64,000 nucleotides of DNA from an uncultured Chloroflexia bacterium (GTDB taxonomy: Bacteria; Chloroflexota; Limnocylindria; Limnocylindrales; CSP1-4), in contig CAWHXD010000008.1 of the NCBI GenBank assembly GCA_963833225.1, positions 1-64,000 of the forward strand, written 5' to 3'. Of the stretch, positions 51,479 to 61,460 are shown in pieces. Below the pieces are notes generated by a model that was not told the DNA's origin, ran no database searches, and saw only the letters and a program-made list of their open reading frames with translations. The position numbers and the translations under genes are program-made. The number at the start of each line of letters is the position of its first letter. Within the stretch, counting starts at the first letter, position 1.

Positions 51479-52818
51479 GCGGATGCCTCCTGTCGGGGCC
51501 TGCCGGCAAAGCGCACCTCGACCGCGTCGCGGTGGGCGAGGAGCCCCTCCGCCTCGGCCAGGGTCCGGATCACGGGTCGCAACGCCGCCAGTCCGTCGCG
51601 GGTGATTCGCTGGACCTGGCTGAACTTGCCGTAGGTCTCCACCGCGAGCGGGCCGCAGCTCCGGGCGAGACCGCCGGTCGGCAGCACGTGGTTGGCCCCC
51701 GACGCGTAGTCGCCCGCGGACTCGGGGGACCAGCGCCCGACGAAGATCGAGCCCGCGTTGCGGATGGCCGCCACGGCCGCTTCGAGATCCGCGACGTCCA
51801 CCGACAGGTGCTCCGGGCCATAGCCGTTCACGAACTCGATCCCGGCCTCGACGGAGGGGACGAGGACGATCCTCCCGTGGTCGGCCAGCGCCCGGCCCAG
51901 GATCTCTCGCCGCAGCGCGCCCGCCAGCCGTCGGCGGACCTCGACCTCCACCGCGTCGGCGAACGTCTCGTCCGCGGTCACCAGCAGGGCAGGGGAGTCA
52001 GGTCCGTGTTCGGCCTGGGTGATGAGGTCCGCGGCCACCGTCGCAACGTCGGCGGTCGCGTCGGCAAGCACGAGGCCCTCGGACGGGCCGGCCGGCAGGT
52101 CGATGCCGACCTCGCCCACGATCTCGACCTTGGCCGCCGTCACCCAGGTGCTGCCCGGGCCGACGACGAGATCGACGGGCGGCAGCCCTTCAGCCGGGAG
52201 GCCGTAGGCCAGGGCCCCGATCGCCTGGACGCCGCCGGCGACCAGCAGGGCATCCACGCCCAGCAAGCCGGCCGCGCCCAACAGCACCGGGTTGACCCGG
52301 CCCTCCCGGTCCGCGGGGCTTGCCGCGATGATCGAGCCGACGCCGGCGACCAGTGCCGGGACCGTTCCCATCACGAGCGAGCTCGGATACGGGGCGGAGC
52401 CGCCAGGAGCATAGACGCCGGCCCTCGCCACGGGCAGCCAGCGACGCTCGATCTCCACCCCGTCGATGACCGCGGTGCGCACCGATGTCGGCGGGCGCTG
52501 GCCCTCGGCAAAACGGCGGACATTGGCGATCGCGGCTTCGAGCGCATCGCGTGCGCCCGCCGGGAGGTCATCGGCGGCCGCGGCAAGCTCGTCGCGGGGT
52601 AGCAGGAGGCGTCTGTCATGGTGGCCGCCGCCAAACCTGGCGGAAGCCTCCCGGACCGCGACGGCCCCTCGCTCGCGGACATCGGCGAGGATCGCGCGGG
52701 CCTTCTCCCGGACGGCAGGATCCGGGACGGCCCCCCGACGGAACAGTCCATCGCGCGCCTGGATCGCGGCGGCATCAGGGTCGCGGAGATCGAGGCGCGT
52801 GATCTGGAGCTCGCTCAT
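51475..52818 (-). CDS. hisD: histidinol dehydrogenase
   Basis: G.YAPGG...YPSS, GPG..WV..AK, PAGPSE, QAEHG, PEHL, GDY.SG.NHVLPT, EGL.AH. Confidence 0.96.
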   Translation of the reverse strand: MSELQITRLDLRDPDAAAIQARDGLFRRGAVPDPAVREKARAILADVRERGAVAVREASARFGGGHHDRRLLLPRDELAAAADDLPAGARDALEAAIANVRRFAEGQRPPTSVRTAVIDGVEIERRWLPVARAGVYAPGGSAPYPSSLVMGTVPALVAGVGSIIAASPADREGRVNPVLLGAAGLLGVDALLVAGGVQAIGALAYGLPAEGLPPVDLVVGPGSTWVTAAKVEIVGEVGIDLPAGPSEGLVLADATADVATVAADLITQAEHGPDSPALLVTADETFADAVEVEVRRRLAGALRREILGRALADHGRIVLVPSVEAGIEFVNGYGPEHLSVDVADLEAAVAAIRNAGSIFVGRWSPESAGDYASGANHVLPTGGLARSCGPLAVETYGKFSQVQRITRDGLAALRPVIRTLAEAEGLLAHRDAVEVRFAGRPRQEASA

Positions 52819-53675
52819 GGGAGGATCTTCTCGATCGGGAGGACGAGGATCCCCGATGCCCCTGCGGTCTTGAGCCGCGGAAGGAGCCCCCAGACCTCGT
52901 CTGCCCCCACCACCGAGTGGATGGCGATCATCCCCGAGTGGGCCAGGGGGATCACCGACGGGGACTCGAGGCCGGGCAGGAGGTCCTCGAGCTCGCTGAG
53001 CTTGGCGGCGGGCGCGTTCATCATCAGGTACTTGCGCCCGCGGGCCGCGATGACCGAGCCAAGCATCGTCGAGATGCCGTCGAGCTCCTCCGCACGCTCG
53101 CGCGTCGCCTGCTCGTTGGTCACCAGGATCGCCTCGGACGTGAGCAGGTCACCGATCGTGCGCAGGCCGTTCATCGCGAGGGTTGAGCCGGTGGATACGA
53201 GGTCCACGATCGCGTCCGCCAGCCCGAGGCGGGGAGCCACCTCCACCGCGCCCGAGAGCGAGATCACCTCGACGGGGATCGCCTGCTGGGCGAAGAAGCG
53301 CCGGGTCACGTTCGGGTGCGAGGTGGCGATGCGGGTCCCGGCGAGGTCCGCGATCGACTCGTAGGGGGCATCGGCCGGAGCCGCGGCCGCGAGCCGGCAC
53401 CGCCCGAACCCCAGCTGGCGGAGCACGGGCAGGTCGATCCCGGTCTCGGCCAGGATGTCCCCCCCGGTGATGCCGGCGTCGGCCACCGCGTCGTTCACGA
53501 ACTCGATCACGTCGCCTGTCCGGACGAACAGGATGTCCAGGGGATGATTCTGGACGCGCGCCACCAGGCTCCGATCGTGCTCCTCGAACACCAGGCCCGC
53601 GTCATGCAGGAGCGCCAGCGTGGATTCGAGCAGCCGTCCCTTGTTGGGGATGGCCAGGCGGAGACGCTCCCTCAT
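52815..53675 (-). CDS. hisG: ATP phosphoribosyltransferase, long form
   Basis: LAIPNKGRL, LSGAVE.AP..GLADAIVDLV.TG.TL; C-terminal regulatory domain PGLESPSV...GILVLPIEK. Confidence 0.95.
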   Translation of the reverse strand: MRERLRLAIPNKGRLLESTLALLHDAGLVFEEHDRSLVARVQNHPLDILFVRTGDVIEFVNDAVADAGITGGDILAETGIDLPVLRQLGFGRCRLAAAAPADAPYESIADLAGTRIATSHPNVTRRFFAQQAIPVEVISLSGAVEVAPRLGLADAIVDLVSTGSTLAMNGLRTIGDLLTSEAILVTNEQATRERAEELDGISTMLGSVIAARGRKYLMMNAPAAKLSELEDLLPGLESPSVIPLAHSGMIAIHSVVGADEVWGLLPRLKTAGASGILVLPIEKILP

Positions 53676-53998
53676 CGCTCGTCGCCGAGGGGGTAGGGGA
53701 GGGATCCATCGGCGCCCTTGAAGCGCTCGAGCATGTCCCGGTAACCGCCCTCGCCGTGATTGAGCCACGAGGCAATCCGGGTGATCGTCGCGGTGCTGGC
53801 ACCGGTCCGCGCGCTGATCTCCGCGTAGTGCATGCCGGCGTCCAGCAGGCGCACCACGGCCCAGCGCTGGGCCATGTCGTGGATCTCGCCGAGCGTGCAC
53901 AGGTCGCGGAGGAAGCGCTCGGCCGCGTCGCGATCCCCAAGGCGGAGGATCGCCTCGACGAGCGCGTCTGTGTCCTGGGTCCGCCAGTTGTCAGCCAC
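53672..53998 (-). CDS. YerC/YecD family TrpR-like repressor (HisR)
   Basis: FLRDLCT..EI..MAQRW, Y..I...TGASTATITRI...L..G.GGY; GGAGG SD before GTG; first gene of the his operon. Confidence 0.9.
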   Translation of the reverse strand: MADNWRTQDTDALVEAILRLGDRDAAERFLRDLCTLGEIHDMAQRWAVVRLLDAGMHYAEISARTGASTATITRIASWLNHGEGGYRDMLERFKGADGSLPYPLGDER

Positions 53999-54046
53999 GA
54001 TCGTGTCCCGTCCTCCCGTCGGCCAGGCGTGTGATCGCCGTGGCGC

Positions 54047-54086
54047 TGCTGCTATGGTAGCGTAGTAGCGTGCTACAACGATAGCA
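54047..54086. promoter_or_regulatory. putative HisR tandem operator in the divergent yerC/hisA promoter
   Basis: Near-palindrome GTAGCGTGCTAC (54065-76); TAGC-like half-sites at 54058, 54066, 54074 and 54082 (8-bp period). Confidence 0.65.
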
Positions 54087-54112
54087 TAAGACAAGGAGCC
54101 AGGTCGTTGTCA

Positions 54113-54856
54113 ATGTTCGAGCTGCTGCCGGCGATCGATCTTCTCGGCGAGCGGGTGGTCCGCCTGCAGCAGGGAGACTTCGCCCGGGCAACGACGTACG
54201 GGTCCGACCCAGCGTCCGTCGCGAGCGCGTTCGTCGCCTCCGGCGCCGGCTGGCTGCACGTGGTGGACCTTGATGGCGCGAGGATGGGGGAGCCCAGGCA
54301 GCTGAGGCTCATCGCGGAGGTCGTGGCCGCCGTGAGCGGCCTGGCAAGGGTGGAGATCGGGGGTGGGCTGCGGACGGTCGGCGCCGTTGCCGGGGCGCTG
54401 GGCACCGGCGCCAGTCGCGCCGTGGTGGGTACGGCGGCCCTCCGTGACCCATCGTTCGCCGCGGAGCTGGTGGCCCGCCACGGGCCGGACAGGATCGTGG
54501 TCGCCATCGACGTCCGCGATGGCCTCGCGCTGGGAGAGGGCTGGCGCGACGGTGCGCCAGGGCTCCCGGCGGCGGACGCCATCGAGCTGCTGGCCCGGAC
54601 CGGCATCGGGACGTTCGAGGTGACGGCCATCGACCGCGACGGCCTCCTGGAGGGCCCGGACCTGGCGCTGCTCCGGGACCTCGTTGCCCTTGAGCGTGGG
54701 CGGATCATCGCCTCAGGCGGGGTGAGCTCCGTCGACGATGTCGTGGCGGTCCAGGCCGTCGGGTGCGCGGGCGCGATCGTCGGCCGGGCGCTGTACGAGG
54801 GTCACCTTCACGTCGCCGAGATCCTCGCCGCGCTCGACCGCGCCCACCATTCCTGA
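54113..54856 (+). CDS. hisA: ProFAR isomerase
   Basis: LLPAIDL...VVRL.QGD, LHVVDLDGA, GGGLR, T.I.RDG.L.GPD, IASGGV, G.ALYEG. Confidence 0.95.
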   Translation: MFELLPAIDLLGERVVRLQQGDFARATTYGSDPASVASAFVASGAGWLHVVDLDGARMGEPRQLRLIAEVVAAVSGLARVEIGGGLRTVGAVAGALGTGASRAVVGTAALRDPSFAAELVARHGPDRIVVAIDVRDGLALGEGWRDGAPGLPAADAIELLARTGIGTFEVTAIDRDGLLEGPDLALLRDLVALERGRIIASGGVSSVDDVVAVQAVGCAGAIVGRALYEGHLHVAEILAALDRAHHS

Positions 54857-54894
54857 CGGGGCCCCAGGGGTGCCTCACGGCGCCCGAGGTCCTG

Positions 54895-56970
54895 TCAGTG
54901 GCCCTCGGCCTGCTCCTTCTTGTGGGTCTCGATGATCTTCTCGGCGAGGTACGAGGGAACGTCCTCGTAGTGATCCAGCGTGGCGCTGAACGTGCCCCGC
55001 CCGCCGGTCAGCGAGCGCAGCTCGGTCGCATACGAGAACAGCTCGGCCTGCGGGACGTGGGCCGAGATGACCTGCATCCCGTCCGCCAGGTCCATGCCCA
55101 AGACGCGCCCTCGTCGACCATTGAGATCGCGGTTGACCTCGCCCATGTACTGCTCGGGGATGCGGACCTCGACGGTCATGATGGGCTCGAGCAGGACCGG
55201 CTTCGCCTGGAGCACGCCGTCCTTGAGGGCCATCGAGGCGGCGATCTTGAACGACAGCTCGTTGGAGTCCACCTGGTGGAACGAGCCGTCGTACAGGGTG
55301 GCCTTGAAGTCGATCAACGGGTAGCCGGCCAGGACGCCTTCCGCCGCCGTCTCGCGGACACCCTTCTCGATGCCGGGGAAGAAGCCCCTCGGGACGGACC
55401 CACCGACGACTCGCTCCGCGAACTCGACGCCGGCCGCGGGATTGGGCTCCAACTCCAGCCACACGTCACCGAACATCCCGTGGCCACCGGTCTGCTTCTT
55501 GTAGCGCCCGTGGACCTGGGTCTTGCCGCGGATCGTCTCGCGATACGGGACCCTGGGGGTCCGGGTGGCGATGGCGGCACCGAACTTGCGCTTGAGCCGC
55601 TCGCAGATGACCGTCACGTGGGCCTCGCCGATCGCGCGCAGGATCTGCTCGCCGGTATCGGATCGCTCGACGCGGGCCGTCGGCTCCTCCTCGAGCATCC
55701 GCTGGAGCGCCGGGCCCATCTTGTCCAGGTCGCCCTTGGACACCGGGTCGATGGCGACCTGGAGGGTGGGCTCCGGGAACGTGATCGGGGGAAGGCGCAG
55801 GCCGAGCTCGTGGGACGACAGCGTGTCGCCGGTCTCCGTCACGCCCAGCTTCGCGACCGCGCCGATCTCACCGGCACGGAGCTCGGCCGCCGGCTCCTGC
55901 TCCTTGCCGTGGAGGTAGAGCAGCTGGCCGACGCGCTCGTCCTCGCCCTTGACCGAGTTGTACACCGACCCCTGGCTCTTGAGCGTGCCCGCGAGGACCC
56001 GCAGGTAGGTGAGCCGTCCCACGTACGGATCCGCGGAGGTCTTGAACACCCGCACCAGCAGCTTGTCGCCGCCCACGTCGACGGACACGGCCTTGCCGCC
56101 CTTGTCCGTGGCCGCGTGGGGCCCCTCCTCGTCCGGCGACGGGAGGTAGCGCGCGATCGCGTCGAGGAGCGCCCCGAGCCCGATGCCCCGGGCGCCCGAT
56201 GCGACCAGCACCGGTGCCAGGATCGACTCACGGACGCCCTTGTGGAGGCATGCGTCCAACTCCGCGTCCGAGATCTCCTCCTCGCCGAGGTACTTCTCGA
56301 ACACGGCGTCGTCCGCTTCGGCCGCGGCCTCGAGCAGCTGGTCGCGACGGAGAGCCACCTCGTCGGCCAGCTCGGCCGGGATGGGGATCTCCACGTCCTT
56401 GGTGCCGTCGAACTGGTAGGCCTTGCGATGGACGAGGTCCACGTAGCCGCTGAACGTCTCCCCGGCGCCGATCGCGATATGGAGCGGCGCGATCTTGTTG
56501 CCGAACGCGGCGCGCAGGGCATCGAGCGCCGCCGCCGGGTTGGCGTTCTCGCGGTCGCACTTGTTGAGCACGAAGCAGGCCGCGATCCCGGTATCGCGCC
56601 CGGTCCTGACCGCCGTCTCGAGACCGGCCTCGACGCCACCCGACGCGTCCATCACGAACAGCGCGGCATCGGCGGCGTGGAAGCCCTCGATCATCTCGGC
56701 CACGAAGTCCGGGTAGCCGGGCGTGTCGACGACGGTGATCTCGTGCTCGCCGTGCTCGAACGTGCCGACGGCGAGGCTCAGCGACCGGTTCTGCTTCTGC
56801 TCCTCCGGCTCGTAGTCGAGGTGCGCGGTGCCATCGTCCACGCGGCCCAGGCGCGGGATCGCGCCGGCTCGAAAGAGCACCTGCTCCGCGAGGGTCGTCT
56901 TGCCGCTCCCGGCATGGCCCGCGAGCACGACGCTCCGGATATGGGCGAGGTCGTGGCTCTTCAACGTCAT
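54895..56970 (-). CDS. fusA: elongation factor G paralog (EF-G2)
   Basis: GHAGSGKTT, DTPGYPDF, NKCD, KKQTGGHG, DGSFH.VDS; G2 motif RSLS instead of RGITI; outside the str operon. Confidence 0.92.
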   Translation of the reverse strand: MTLKSHDLAHIRSVVLAGHAGSGKTTLAEQVLFRAGAIPRLGRVDDGTAHLDYEPEEQKQNRSLSLAVGTFEHGEHEITVVDTPGYPDFVAEMIEGFHAADAALFVMDASGGVEAGLETAVRTGRDTGIAACFVLNKCDRENANPAAALDALRAAFGNKIAPLHIAIGAGETFSGYVDLVHRKAYQFDGTKDVEIPIPAELADEVALRRDQLLEAAAEADDAVFEKYLGEEEISDAELDACLHKGVRESILAPVLVASGARGIGLGALLDAIARYLPSPDEEGPHAATDKGGKAVSVDVGGDKLLVRVFKTSADPYVGRLTYLRVLAGTLKSQGSVYNSVKGEDERVGQLLYLHGKEQEPAAELRAGEIGAVAKLGVTETGDTLSSHELGLRLPPITFPEPTLQVAIDPVSKGDLDKMGPALQRMLEEEPTARVERSDTGEQILRAIGEAHVTVICERLKRKFGAAIATRTPRVPYRETIRGKTQVHGRYKKQTGGHGMFGDVWLELEPNPAAGVEFAERVVGGSVPRGFFPGIEKGVRETAAEGVLAGYPLIDFKATLYDGSFHQVDSNELSFKIAASMALKDGVLQAKPVLLEPIMTVEVRIPEQYMGEVNRDLNGRRGRVLGMDLADGMQVISAHVPQAELFSYATELRSLTGGRGTFSATLDHYEDVPSYLAEKIIETHKKEQAEGH

Positions 56971-57143
56971 CGCGCGCGGTACCTCTCGATGGTTCTCCCG
57001 CGAGGCCGGCAGCCCGGCCGCGACGGGGCAGTTGGCGCAGGGTGCGCAGTTGGTGATGCCCGATCCTTCGGTGCCGGCAGGTGACGCCCGGGTGCCGGCC
57101 GACGGACGGTCTGCCACGATGTTAGCGGGTATACTCCCGCCCG

Positions 57144-57893
57144 ATGTCAGGACACTCCAAATGGTCGACGATCAAGCGCCAAAAAGGCGCCAATGACGCC
57201 AAGCGCGGCGCGATGTTCACCAAGGTCGCGCGCGAGGTCGCCGTGGCTGCCCGGGCGGGCGGTGGTGACCCGGATGCCAACTACCGGCTGCGGCTGGCCA
57301 TCGACAAGGCCCGCTCGATCAACATGCCCGCGGACAACATCAAGCGGGCGATCGAGAAGGCGACAGGCGGCGGCGATGCCGAGCAGTACGAGGAGGTTGT
57401 CTACGAGGGCTACGGGCCCGGTGGCGTCGCGGTCCTCGTCGAGGCGGCCACCGACAACCGCAACCGGACCGCAGCCGAGGTCCGCTCGATCTTCGCCAAG
57501 ACCGGGGGCCAGCTTGCCGGCTCCGGCGCGGTCGCCTGGCAGTTCGAGGTCCGGGGCCTGATCACGGTCGACCGGGGCACGGTGGACGCGGACGAGGTGG
57601 CCCTCGCGGCGATCGACGCCGGCGCCGCCGATGTCGACACGGACACGGACCCGATCGAGATCTACACCGAGCCATCGGAGCTGTACGCGGTCCGCAAGGC
57701 GATCGAGGGCTCCGGGATCGCGGTCGACGACGCGGAATCCGCGATGATCGCCAAGCAGACGGTGAACCTCGACGCGGACCACGTGCGCAAGGCCCTGCGC
57801 CTGGTGGAGCTGCTCGAGGACCTCGAGGACGTCCAGCGCGTCACGACCAACGTCGACATCCCCGAGGACGTCCTGGCCGAGATGGCCGGGTGA
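57144..57893 (+). CDS. yebC: YebC/PmpR family protein
   Basis: MSGHSKWSTIKRQK, YEGYGPGG, TDNRNRT. Confidence 0.96.
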   Translation: MSGHSKWSTIKRQKGANDAKRGAMFTKVAREVAVAARAGGGDPDANYRLRLAIDKARSINMPADNIKRAIEKATGGGDAEQYEEVVYEGYGPGGVAVLVEAATDNRNRTAAEVRSIFAKTGGQLAGSGAVAWQFEVRGLITVDRGTVDADEVALAAIDAGAADVDTDTDPIEIYTEPSELYAVRKAIEGSGIAVDDAESAMIAKQTVNLDADHVRKALRLVELLEDLEDVQRVTTNVDIPEDVLAEMAG

Positions 57894-58555
57894 TCGTGCT
57901 CGGGATCGACCCCGGGACGGCCGCCATGGGCTACGGGATCGTCGAGCGGAGGGGCGGCAGCCTGCGGGCGGTTGACTACGGCTGCCTCACCACCAGCCCG
58001 GACCTCGCCCTGCCGGATCGCCTCCGCCAGATCCATGCCCTGGTCGCCGAGCTCATCGAGACGCACCGGCCCGAGCTCGTGGCCGTGGAGCGCCTGTTCT
58101 TCTCCCGGAACGCACAGACGGCCCTCGCGGTGGGCCATGCCCGCGGGGTCGTGCTCCTCGCGGCGGCCCAGGCCGGTGTCGCGGTGCGCGAGGCGACGCC
58201 CAACGAGGTCAAGGTGGGTGTCACCGGCTACGGCGCGGCGGACAAGGACCAGGTGGGCAAGATGGTCGCGGTGATCCTCCAGCTCGCCGACGTCCCGACA
58301 CCCGATGACACGGCCGATGCGCTCGCGACGGCCATCTGCATCGCCAACGCGGAGCGCCCCGGGGTCCACGAGGGGGCAACCGCCGGTGAGCGAGCGGGCG
58401 TGATGGACCGGTCGGCCGTGGCGCCCATCGTGCGCGGCGAGACGCCCTACGAGCGGTCCGTCCGCGAGGCGATCGCCCGCGAGGCCAAGGTGCCCGCCAG
58501 GCCAGGGCGCAAGGGCGGCGGGGCGCCGCGGGCAGCTGACCGACGTGCCTCCTAG
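57890..58555 (+). CDS. ruvC: Holliday junction resolvase
   Basis: LGIDPG, VERLFF..N, ARGV, GYG.ADK.QV, DD.ADALA.AI. Confidence 0.95.
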   Translation: MIVLGIDPGTAAMGYGIVERRGGSLRAVDYGCLTTSPDLALPDRLRQIHALVAELIETHRPELVAVERLFFSRNAQTALAVGHARGVVLLAAAQAGVAVREATPNEVKVGVTGYGAADKDQVGKMVAVILQLADVPTPDDTADALATAICIANAERPGVHEGATAGERAGVMDRSAVAPIVRGETPYERSVREAIAREAKVPARPGRKGGGAPRAADRRAS

Positions 58556-58570
58556 CCGGGGTCCGCTCGA

Positions 58571-59164
58571 GTGATCGCGTCGGTCGAGGGCGTGGTCGCT
58601 GCCATCGCCGCGGATTCGCTCGTCATCGAGGTCGGCGGCATCGGCTACCGGGTGTTCACTGCGCCGGCGGTCATCGCGGGGGCATCTCCCGGCAGCCGGC
58701 TCAAGCTCCACACGTATCACCTGGTGCGCGAGGATCAGCAGGCGCTGTTCGGGTTCCGGACCCCAGAGGAGCTCGGGTTCTTCAACCTGCTGCTGACCGT
58801 GACCGGCGTCGGGCCGAAGGTCGCGCTGGCGATCGTGGGGTCGCGGGCGACGGCGGACCTCCAGCTTGCGATCCTGCAGCAGGACCAGGCCGTGCTGGTG
58901 TCGATCCCGGGCATCGGCAAGAAGCTGGCCGAGCGGATCATCTTCGAGCTCAAGGAGAAGGTCTCGGCCGCGGGGATCGCCGCCGGCACGTCCGCGGCGA
59001 CCGCGACCGCGTCCGAGGGCGAGGTGGTGGGTGCCCTGCAGGCGCTCGGCTACTCGCTCGGCGAAGCGCGCGAGGCGTCCCGGCTGGCGCTCCAGGACGC
59101 GGGCGTGGGGGCCGGCCTGGAGGAGCGCGTCAAGGCGGCGCTTCGCACACTGCTGCGCGACTGA
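58571..59164 (+). CDS. ruvA: Holliday junction branch migration protein
   Basis: MIAS..G, GGIGY.V, VRED...LFGF, GVGPK.AL, PGIGKK.AERI..EL, AL..LGY. Confidence 0.95.
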   Translation: MIASVEGVVAAIAADSLVIEVGGIGYRVFTAPAVIAGASPGSRLKLHTYHLVREDQQALFGFRTPEELGFFNLLLTVTGVGPKVALAIVGSRATADLQLAILQQDQAVLVSIPGIGKKLAERIIFELKEKVSAAGIAAGTSAATATASEGEVVGALQALGYSLGEAREASRLALQDAGVGAGLEERVKAALRTLLRD

Positions 59165-59171
59165 GGCCGCG

Positions 59172-60330
59172 GTGCGGATCGCGTTCGGCACCAACCCCGC
59201 ATTCGGTCACGTGCTCCCGTTGCTGCCGCTTGCGCTTGCCGCCCGGGACGCCGGCCACGACATCGCCGTGATCGGGGGTGCGGCCGTCGGCCCGGTGGCG
59301 GGCGCCCACGGAATCCGCCACGTGGAGGCTGGTCCGCCGGATCTCGCGACGGTCTTCGCCCAGATCGATGCCGGGAGCCTGGCGGGTCCGCGACTCTCCG
59401 TCCGCGTGTGGTCGCGGGGGTTTGCCGAGGTCGTCGCCCGCGCCGCTTGCCCACGCGCTCCTGGACCTTGCGCCGGACTGGCGACCGGACCTCGTCGTCC
59501 ACGAGGACAGCGAGCAGGGGACCTGGATCGGGGCTGAGCGGCTCGGCATCCCGCACATCGCCCTCCAGGCGACGGCATGGCGTGGGCCGATGCGACGGTT
59601 GAGCGCGGAGCCCGCGTCCCGCATCCGCGAGGAGCTGGGACTGCCGGCCCAGCCCGCGCTCGAGGCGTGGAACCGGTACGGGTTCCTGACCACGCGCCCG
59701 CCCGCCCTTCGCGATCCGGCCGATCCGATGCCGGTCGGGACCCTCGAGCTCCGGCCGGTCGCCGTCGACGACGATGGCAGCACGTCCGCCCCGTGGCTCG
59801 ACCGGCCACCGATCGGCGACGCCCGGATCGCGGTGACGCTGGGGACGGTCGCGCCCGAGCGCCGCGTGCCGCTGATCACGACGGTGCTCGACGCCCTGGG
59901 GCCTCTTGCCGCCGAGGTTGTGGTCGCGCTTGGCCCCGGGCTTGATCCCAACCAGTTCCTGCCACGCGGGGACAACGTGCGCCTGGTCAGCTTCGTGCCC
60001 ATGTCCCGCCTGCTGCCCGCAAGCGATCTCGTCGTCTGCCACGCGGGTTCCGGGACGGTCATGGCGGCGCTGGCGGCGGGACGCCCGATGGTGCTGCTGC
60101 CGATGGCGGCCGACCAGCCGGCCAACGCCGCGGCGTGCGCGGCCTCAGGCGCCGCCGTGGTCATCGAGCCCGACGGTTGGGCGCCAGGCAAGATCCGGGC
60201 CGAGGTGGAGGCTGCGCTGGCCAACCCGGAGCTTGCCCGCGCCGCGCTCGCCGTGCGTGCCGAGATCGAGGCCATGCCGCCGCCCGCGGCGCTGGTGCCG
60301 GTGCTGGAACGGCTGGCCGGCGCCGGGTGA
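59172..60330 (+). CDS. GT1/MGT family glycosyltransferase, frameshifted near 59438
   Basis: PAFGHVLPL.PLA.A...GH.; W.PDLVV; VTLGT; FVP...LL...D.VVCHAGSGT...AL..G.P...P..ADQP.NA. Confidence 0.85.
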
Positions 60331-60337
60331 CGGCAGT

Positions 60338-60351
60338 CGAACATCTGTACC
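60338..60351 (+). promoter_or_regulatory. putative LexA (SOS) box upstream of ruvB
   Basis: CGAACATCTGTACC has one mismatch to the GAAC-N4-GTTC core and overlaps the -35 region of an extended -10 TGCTAGACT (60369-77). Confidence 0.6.
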
Positions 60352-60384
60352 AAATGGACGCCTGAACCTGCTAGACTCCGACCG

Positions 60385-61458
60385 ATGACCGATGACCCCA
60401 TGAGCCTTCTCGCGGCCGGTTCCGGCGACCTCGGCGAGCTCGTCGTCGAGGGCTCCCTGCGCCCGCGGACGCTGGACGAATACGTCGGCCAGCGTGACGT
60501 GAAGGCGAGCCTCACGGTCCTGCTCCAGGCCGCCAAGGCGCGAGGGGAGGCGGCGGACCACGTCCTGCTCTACGGGCCGCCCGGCCTGGGCAAGACCACG
60601 CTCGCGACGATCATCGCCCGTGAGCTCGGCGTCAACGTCCGCTACACCAGCGGCCCGGCGGTCGAGCGGGCGGGGGACCTCGCGGCCATCCTCACCGCGC
60701 TCGACGAGCGGGACGTCCTGTTCATCGACGAGATCCACCGGCTCAATCGGGCCGTCGAGGAGATTCTCTATCCGGCGATGGAGGACTTCGCGCTCGATGT
60801 CATGATCGGCAAGGGACCCAGCGCCCGCAGCCTGCGCCTCAGCCTCAAGCCGTTCACCGTCGTGGGCGCGACCACGCGCGCCGGCCGCATCAGCGGGCCG
60901 CTGCGGGACCGGTTCGGGATGACCTACCGGCTCGACTTCTACGAGGAAGACGACCTGACGGCCATCGTCCGTCGCTCGGCCGGGATCCTGGGGGTCGAGG
61001 TGGACGCGGACGCAGCTCGCCTGATCGCGATGCGCGGCCGCGGCACACCCCGCATCGTCAACCGGCTCCTGCGACGCGTCCGTGACCACGCGGAGGTCCA
61101 CGGGGACGGCCGGGTCCACGAGCAGGCCGTGGCCGAGGCGATGACGATCCTCGAGATCGACGACCTCGGGCTCGACGCCACGGACCGCAAGCTGCTTGCG
61201 GCCATCATCCAGAAGTTCGGGTCCGGGCCGGTCGGGGTCCAGGCACTGGCCGCCGTCCTGGCCGAAGAGTCGGACACCATCGAGGACGTCTACGAGCCGT
61301 TCCTCCTGCGCCTCGGATTCCTTGACCGCACCCCGCAGGGCCGCATCGCGACGGAGGCCGCCCGGGCCCACCTCGCCTCGCTTGGCTACGAGATCCCGGC
61401 ACCGCGCCGGGCCGAGCCCGAGATGCCGGCACTCTGGGACGACCTGCCGGCCCGCTGA
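60385..61458 (+). CDS. ruvB: Holliday junction DNA helicase
   Basis: [43 protein letters not shown]. Confidence 0.97.
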   Translation: MTDDPMSLLAAGSGDLGELVVEGSLRPRTLDEYVGQRDVKASLTVLLQAAKARGEAADHVLLYGPPGLGKTTLATIIARELGVNVRYTSGPAVERAGDLAAILTALDERDVLFIDEIHRLNRAVEEILYPAMEDFALDVMIGKGPSARSLRLSLKPFTVVGATTRAGRISGPLRDRFGMTYRLDFYEEDDLTAIVRRSAGILGVEVDADAARLIAMRGRGTPRIVNRLLRRVRDHAEVHGDGRVHEQAVAEAMTILEIDDLGLDATDRKLLAAIIQKFGSGPVGVQALAAVLAEESDTIEDVYEPFLLRLGFLDRTPQGRIATEAARAHLASLGYEIPAPRRAEPEMPALWDDLPAR

Positions 61459-61460
61459 CC

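Noticed and set aside
15213-57084. Very long alternative-frame ORFs (e.g. 15213-18011, 32048-34366, 43600-46128, 54763-57084)
   Set aside because: They are antisense or shifted shadows of well-supported genes, expected at this GC content where stop codons are rare; the translations are Arg/Pro/Gly-rich with no motifs.
56971-57117. N-terminal extension of EF-G2 with a CxxCxxC motif (NCAPCANCP)
   Set aside because: GTG 57117 lies 1 nt from the putative -10, an SD-like GAGAGG precedes ATG 56970, and homology starts there. The Cys pattern arises from a short CCAACTGC duplication.
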